IMG/VR virus record: IMGVR_UViG_3300044675_004984 | Span: 1 to 35,874 of that record | From: a virus | Lineage: Duplodnaviria > Caudoviricetes | DNA length: 35,874 bases | Strand: one strand, 5' to 3' | Shown here: positions 33,870 to 35,874 of the stretch, piece after piece | Layout: each line of letters starts with the position of its first letter | How positions within the stretch are numbered: the stretch's first letter is position 1 | Notes under the pieces: model-generated | What the model saw: the letters and a program-made list of their open reading frames with translations, nothing else | The model's database searches: none | Told to the model about the DNA's origin: nothing | Made by a program: the position numbers and the translations under genes

Positions 33870-35872
33870 GTGTCCCACCTTGCCCTCACCCAATAACAGA
33901 ACAGGCCACTAGAGGTTCCCCCACCGGCTCCGAACGCTGTACCGGGGTTCTCCGCAACACCGAACGTTCGTGCAACCTCAGCGGTGAACCGGTACTGGTC
34001 GCTGTTGTTCATCGGGATAGTGCCCCGTGCAATGAAACCGCGATGGCCTGTGAATTGCGGTCGGGTTGCACTTGCGTCTGTCTGATACCTGAACAGGTAC
34101 ACACCGGGAGACAGCACAACGCTCAAAGAGGTCAGCGCCTTATCTCCCGTTGAGTCCACCGTGACGAGGCCAACGTCAGAAACCAAGTCGCCCGGTTGGA
34201 AATCGTCGCCTGCCTTGTAGATAGAGATTCGTCCCTGCGCTCCAGCCGTGCCAGCGACAGAAACCCTGACCATCATTGACGTAATTGTTATCTGTTTCTC
34301 AACTAGCACAGGTTGGTAGTAGGCGGTCGAAGCGCCTAGAAAGTTGATTGCCTGTCCGGTGCTAATGAACAACCCGGGATAGCCCCACCAGTTACTCACA
34401 GCGAAACGGTTGTTGATAGCGAGACCGGGACCGGTCGCACCCGTCGCACCGGTGGCCCCAGTGGCACCGGTAGCGCCGCTTGGACCTTGTGGTCCTGTGT
34501 CACCAGTCGGTCCTGTGTCACCGGTAGGACCTTGAACACCAGCCGCAATGTAATCCCAATAAGCGGTATTGACGGTGCCGCCAATAACCGGAGCCTCATT
34601 AGTGGAACCCGCCGTCGCAATGTACGAACCGACCGTCAAACCGACACCGGTGATCGTCCCGGTATAAACAACAATGTCACCCACCGAGTAGGTGGTCCCC
34701 GAGTTCCACTCGCCCTCCCACGTCGAGATGAACGCACCCGTTGGTCCGGTCGCCCCGGTCGCCCCGTTCGCACCCGTTGCGCCTTGCGGACCAGTTGCAC
34801 CGGTCGGACCGACAGCACCCGTCGCACCGTTCGCACCGGTCGCACCCTGCGGTCCAGTTGCACCCGTGTCACCGACAGCGCCCGTGGCACCGATAGCACC
34901 TTGCGGGCCTTGCGCTCCTTGCGGACCTTGCGGACCTGCGGCACCCGTGTCGCCCGTCGCACCGTGAGCGCCCTGAGGACCCACCGCACCCTGCGGACCC
35001 TGCGGTCCCGTATCGCCTTGCGGCCCGATAGCACCCTGAGCGCCCGTAGCACCCTGCGCACCAACGGCGCCCTGCGGACCGGTGTCCCCCGTAGCGCCGA
35101 CAGCGCCCTGAGGACCGACCGAACCCTGCGGACCAGCAGGACCCGTATCGCCCGTGTCGCCCTGAGGTCCCTGAGGACCGATGGCCCCCTGAGGTCCCTG
35201 AGGACCCTGAGCGCCGGTAGCCCCGGTGTCTCCTGTGGACCCGGTAGCACCCTGCGGACCCTGCGCTCCTTGCGGCCCCTGCGGGCCTGTAGCACCCTGA
35301 GGACCAGCGGCACCCTGAGCACCGGTAGCGCCCTGAGGACCGGTCGGACCCTGAGCGCCTGTAGCGCCCTGCGGACCGATCTCGCCTTGCGGACCCGTGG
35401 AGCCTTGTGACCCTTGCGGGCCGACTGAACCCTGCGGCCCTTGCGGACCGGTAGACCCCTGAGGACCGGTCGCCCCGACCGCACCCTGAGGACCTGTGGC
35501 ACCTTGCGAACCCGTAGCCCCCTGTGGGCCTGCCGCTCCCTGAGGGCCGGTTGGACCTGTAGGGCCTTGCGGACCCTGTTCACCGGTCAACGCCAATACC
35601 AAAATAACCTCGTGGTTGTTGGCGAACCCGGTTGTTCCGGTGCCGCCACTAGCAACCAGCGTCACAGGAAACACCCAATACGTCACCTGATTAGTTGGCG
35701 TGCCGGACACTTCCCACCGTTGGAAGTTGTCGGACAACGAAGCGTCCTGAATCACGAAAGTGTCGCCGTCGTTCAACAAGCCAAGAAAAATATCAACGTC
35801 AAAGCCGTCTTTGTCAATGTGACTGACGTGAATTGCCGTCGCTGACGTTTGCGTAGCGTTGTTGTAGAGCAG
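33866..35872 (-). CDS. Collagen-like fibre protein (5' truncated) with CBM5/12-like module and C-terminal beta domain
   Basis: The frame is open to the window end ([12 protein letters not shown]...). 94 uninterrupted Gly-X-Y triplets, then [17 protein letters not shown]...SY.A....P.....YW, then 13 more triplets. Confidence 0.88.
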   Translation of the reverse strand: MLYNNATQTSATAIHVSHIDKDGFDVDIFLGLLNDGDTFVIQDASLSDNFQRWEVSGTPTNQVTYWVFPVTLVASGGTGTTGFANNHEVILVLALTGEQGPQGPTGPTGPQGAAGPQGATGSQGATGPQGAVGATGPQGSTGPQGPQGSVGPQGSQGSTGPQGEIGPQGATGAQGPTGPQGATGAQGAAGPQGATGPQGPQGAQGPQGATGSTGDTGATGAQGPQGPQGAIGPQGPQGDTGDTGPAGPQGSVGPQGAVGATGDTGPQGAVGAQGATGAQGAIGPQGDTGPQGPQGAVGPQGAHGATGDTGAAGPQGPQGAQGPQGAIGATGAVGDTGATGPQGATGANGATGAVGPTGATGPQGATGANGATGATGPTGAFISTWEGEWNSGTTYSVGDIVVYTGTITGVGLTVGSYIATAGSTNEAPVIGGTVNTAYWDYIAAGVQGPTGDTGPTGDTGPQGPSGATGATGATGATGATGPGLAINNRFAVSNWWGYPGLFISTGQAINFLGASTAYYQPVLVEKQITITSMMVRVSVAGTAGAQGRISIYKAGDDFQPGDLVSDVGLVTVDSTGDKALTSLSVVLSPGVYLFRYQTDASATRPQFTGHRGFIARGTIPMNNSDQYRFTAEVARTFGVAENPGTAFGAGGGTSSGLFCYWVRARWDT
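34424..35584 (-). repeat. 9-bp-periodic collagen-coding repeats (two blocks)
   Basis: Blocks at about 35584-34739 and 34540-34424 encode [12 protein letters not shown] triplets. Confidence 0.9.
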
Positions 35873-35874
35873 AT

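Noticed and set aside
34487-35583. Long Arg-rich ORFs (307 aa +, 315 aa -) over the collagen region
   Set aside because: Alternative-frame by-products of the GC-rich 9-bp periodic repeat.
1-35874. Stop-codon reassignment, tRNAs, integrase, introns/inteins, diversity-generating retroelement
   Set aside because: Genes are full length in the standard code and use all three stops. By eye I found no cloverleaf, recombinase, splicing or reverse transcriptase motifs; no tRNA or covariance scan was run.

Overview
The window is most of the genome of a tailed (siphovirus-like) phage that very probably infects an actinobacterium: it has two WhiB genes, an actinobacterial-type SSB, and capsid, portal and tail proteins of the mycobacteriophage cluster B/Streptomyces-phage type. 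Both ends cut through genes. The + arm (1-16992) holds a metallophosphoesterase fragment, two microproteins missed by the ORF track, a structured leader RNA, two capsid proteins, tail tube, neck proteins, SSB, tail chaperones, tape measure, minor tail proteins, an amidase endolysin and a holin-like gene. The - arm (35874-16993) holds a collagen fibre protein, a portal-MuF fusion, a candidate small RNA, an early operon (ERF recombinase, replication initiator with iterons, G39P-like protein, WhiB), terminase, a cassette of three glycosyltransferases and two methyltransferases, a second WhiB, a DNA methyltransferase and DUF1360. I saw no integrase, tRNA, CRISPR array or prohead protease. Best leads: (1) a virion glycosylation/glycan-methylation system, supported by C-terminal Ser on four surface proteins and on no non-structural protein; (2) a multi-hairpin cis-regulatory RNA before the major capsid gene, next to a very basic microprotein; (3) a roughly 100-nt sRNA with its own promoter and an anti-Shine-Dalgarno loop; (4) an 11-nt direct repeat instead of a canonical slippery site at the tail chaperone junction. 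All family calls come from motif recognition by eye; no database searches were run.
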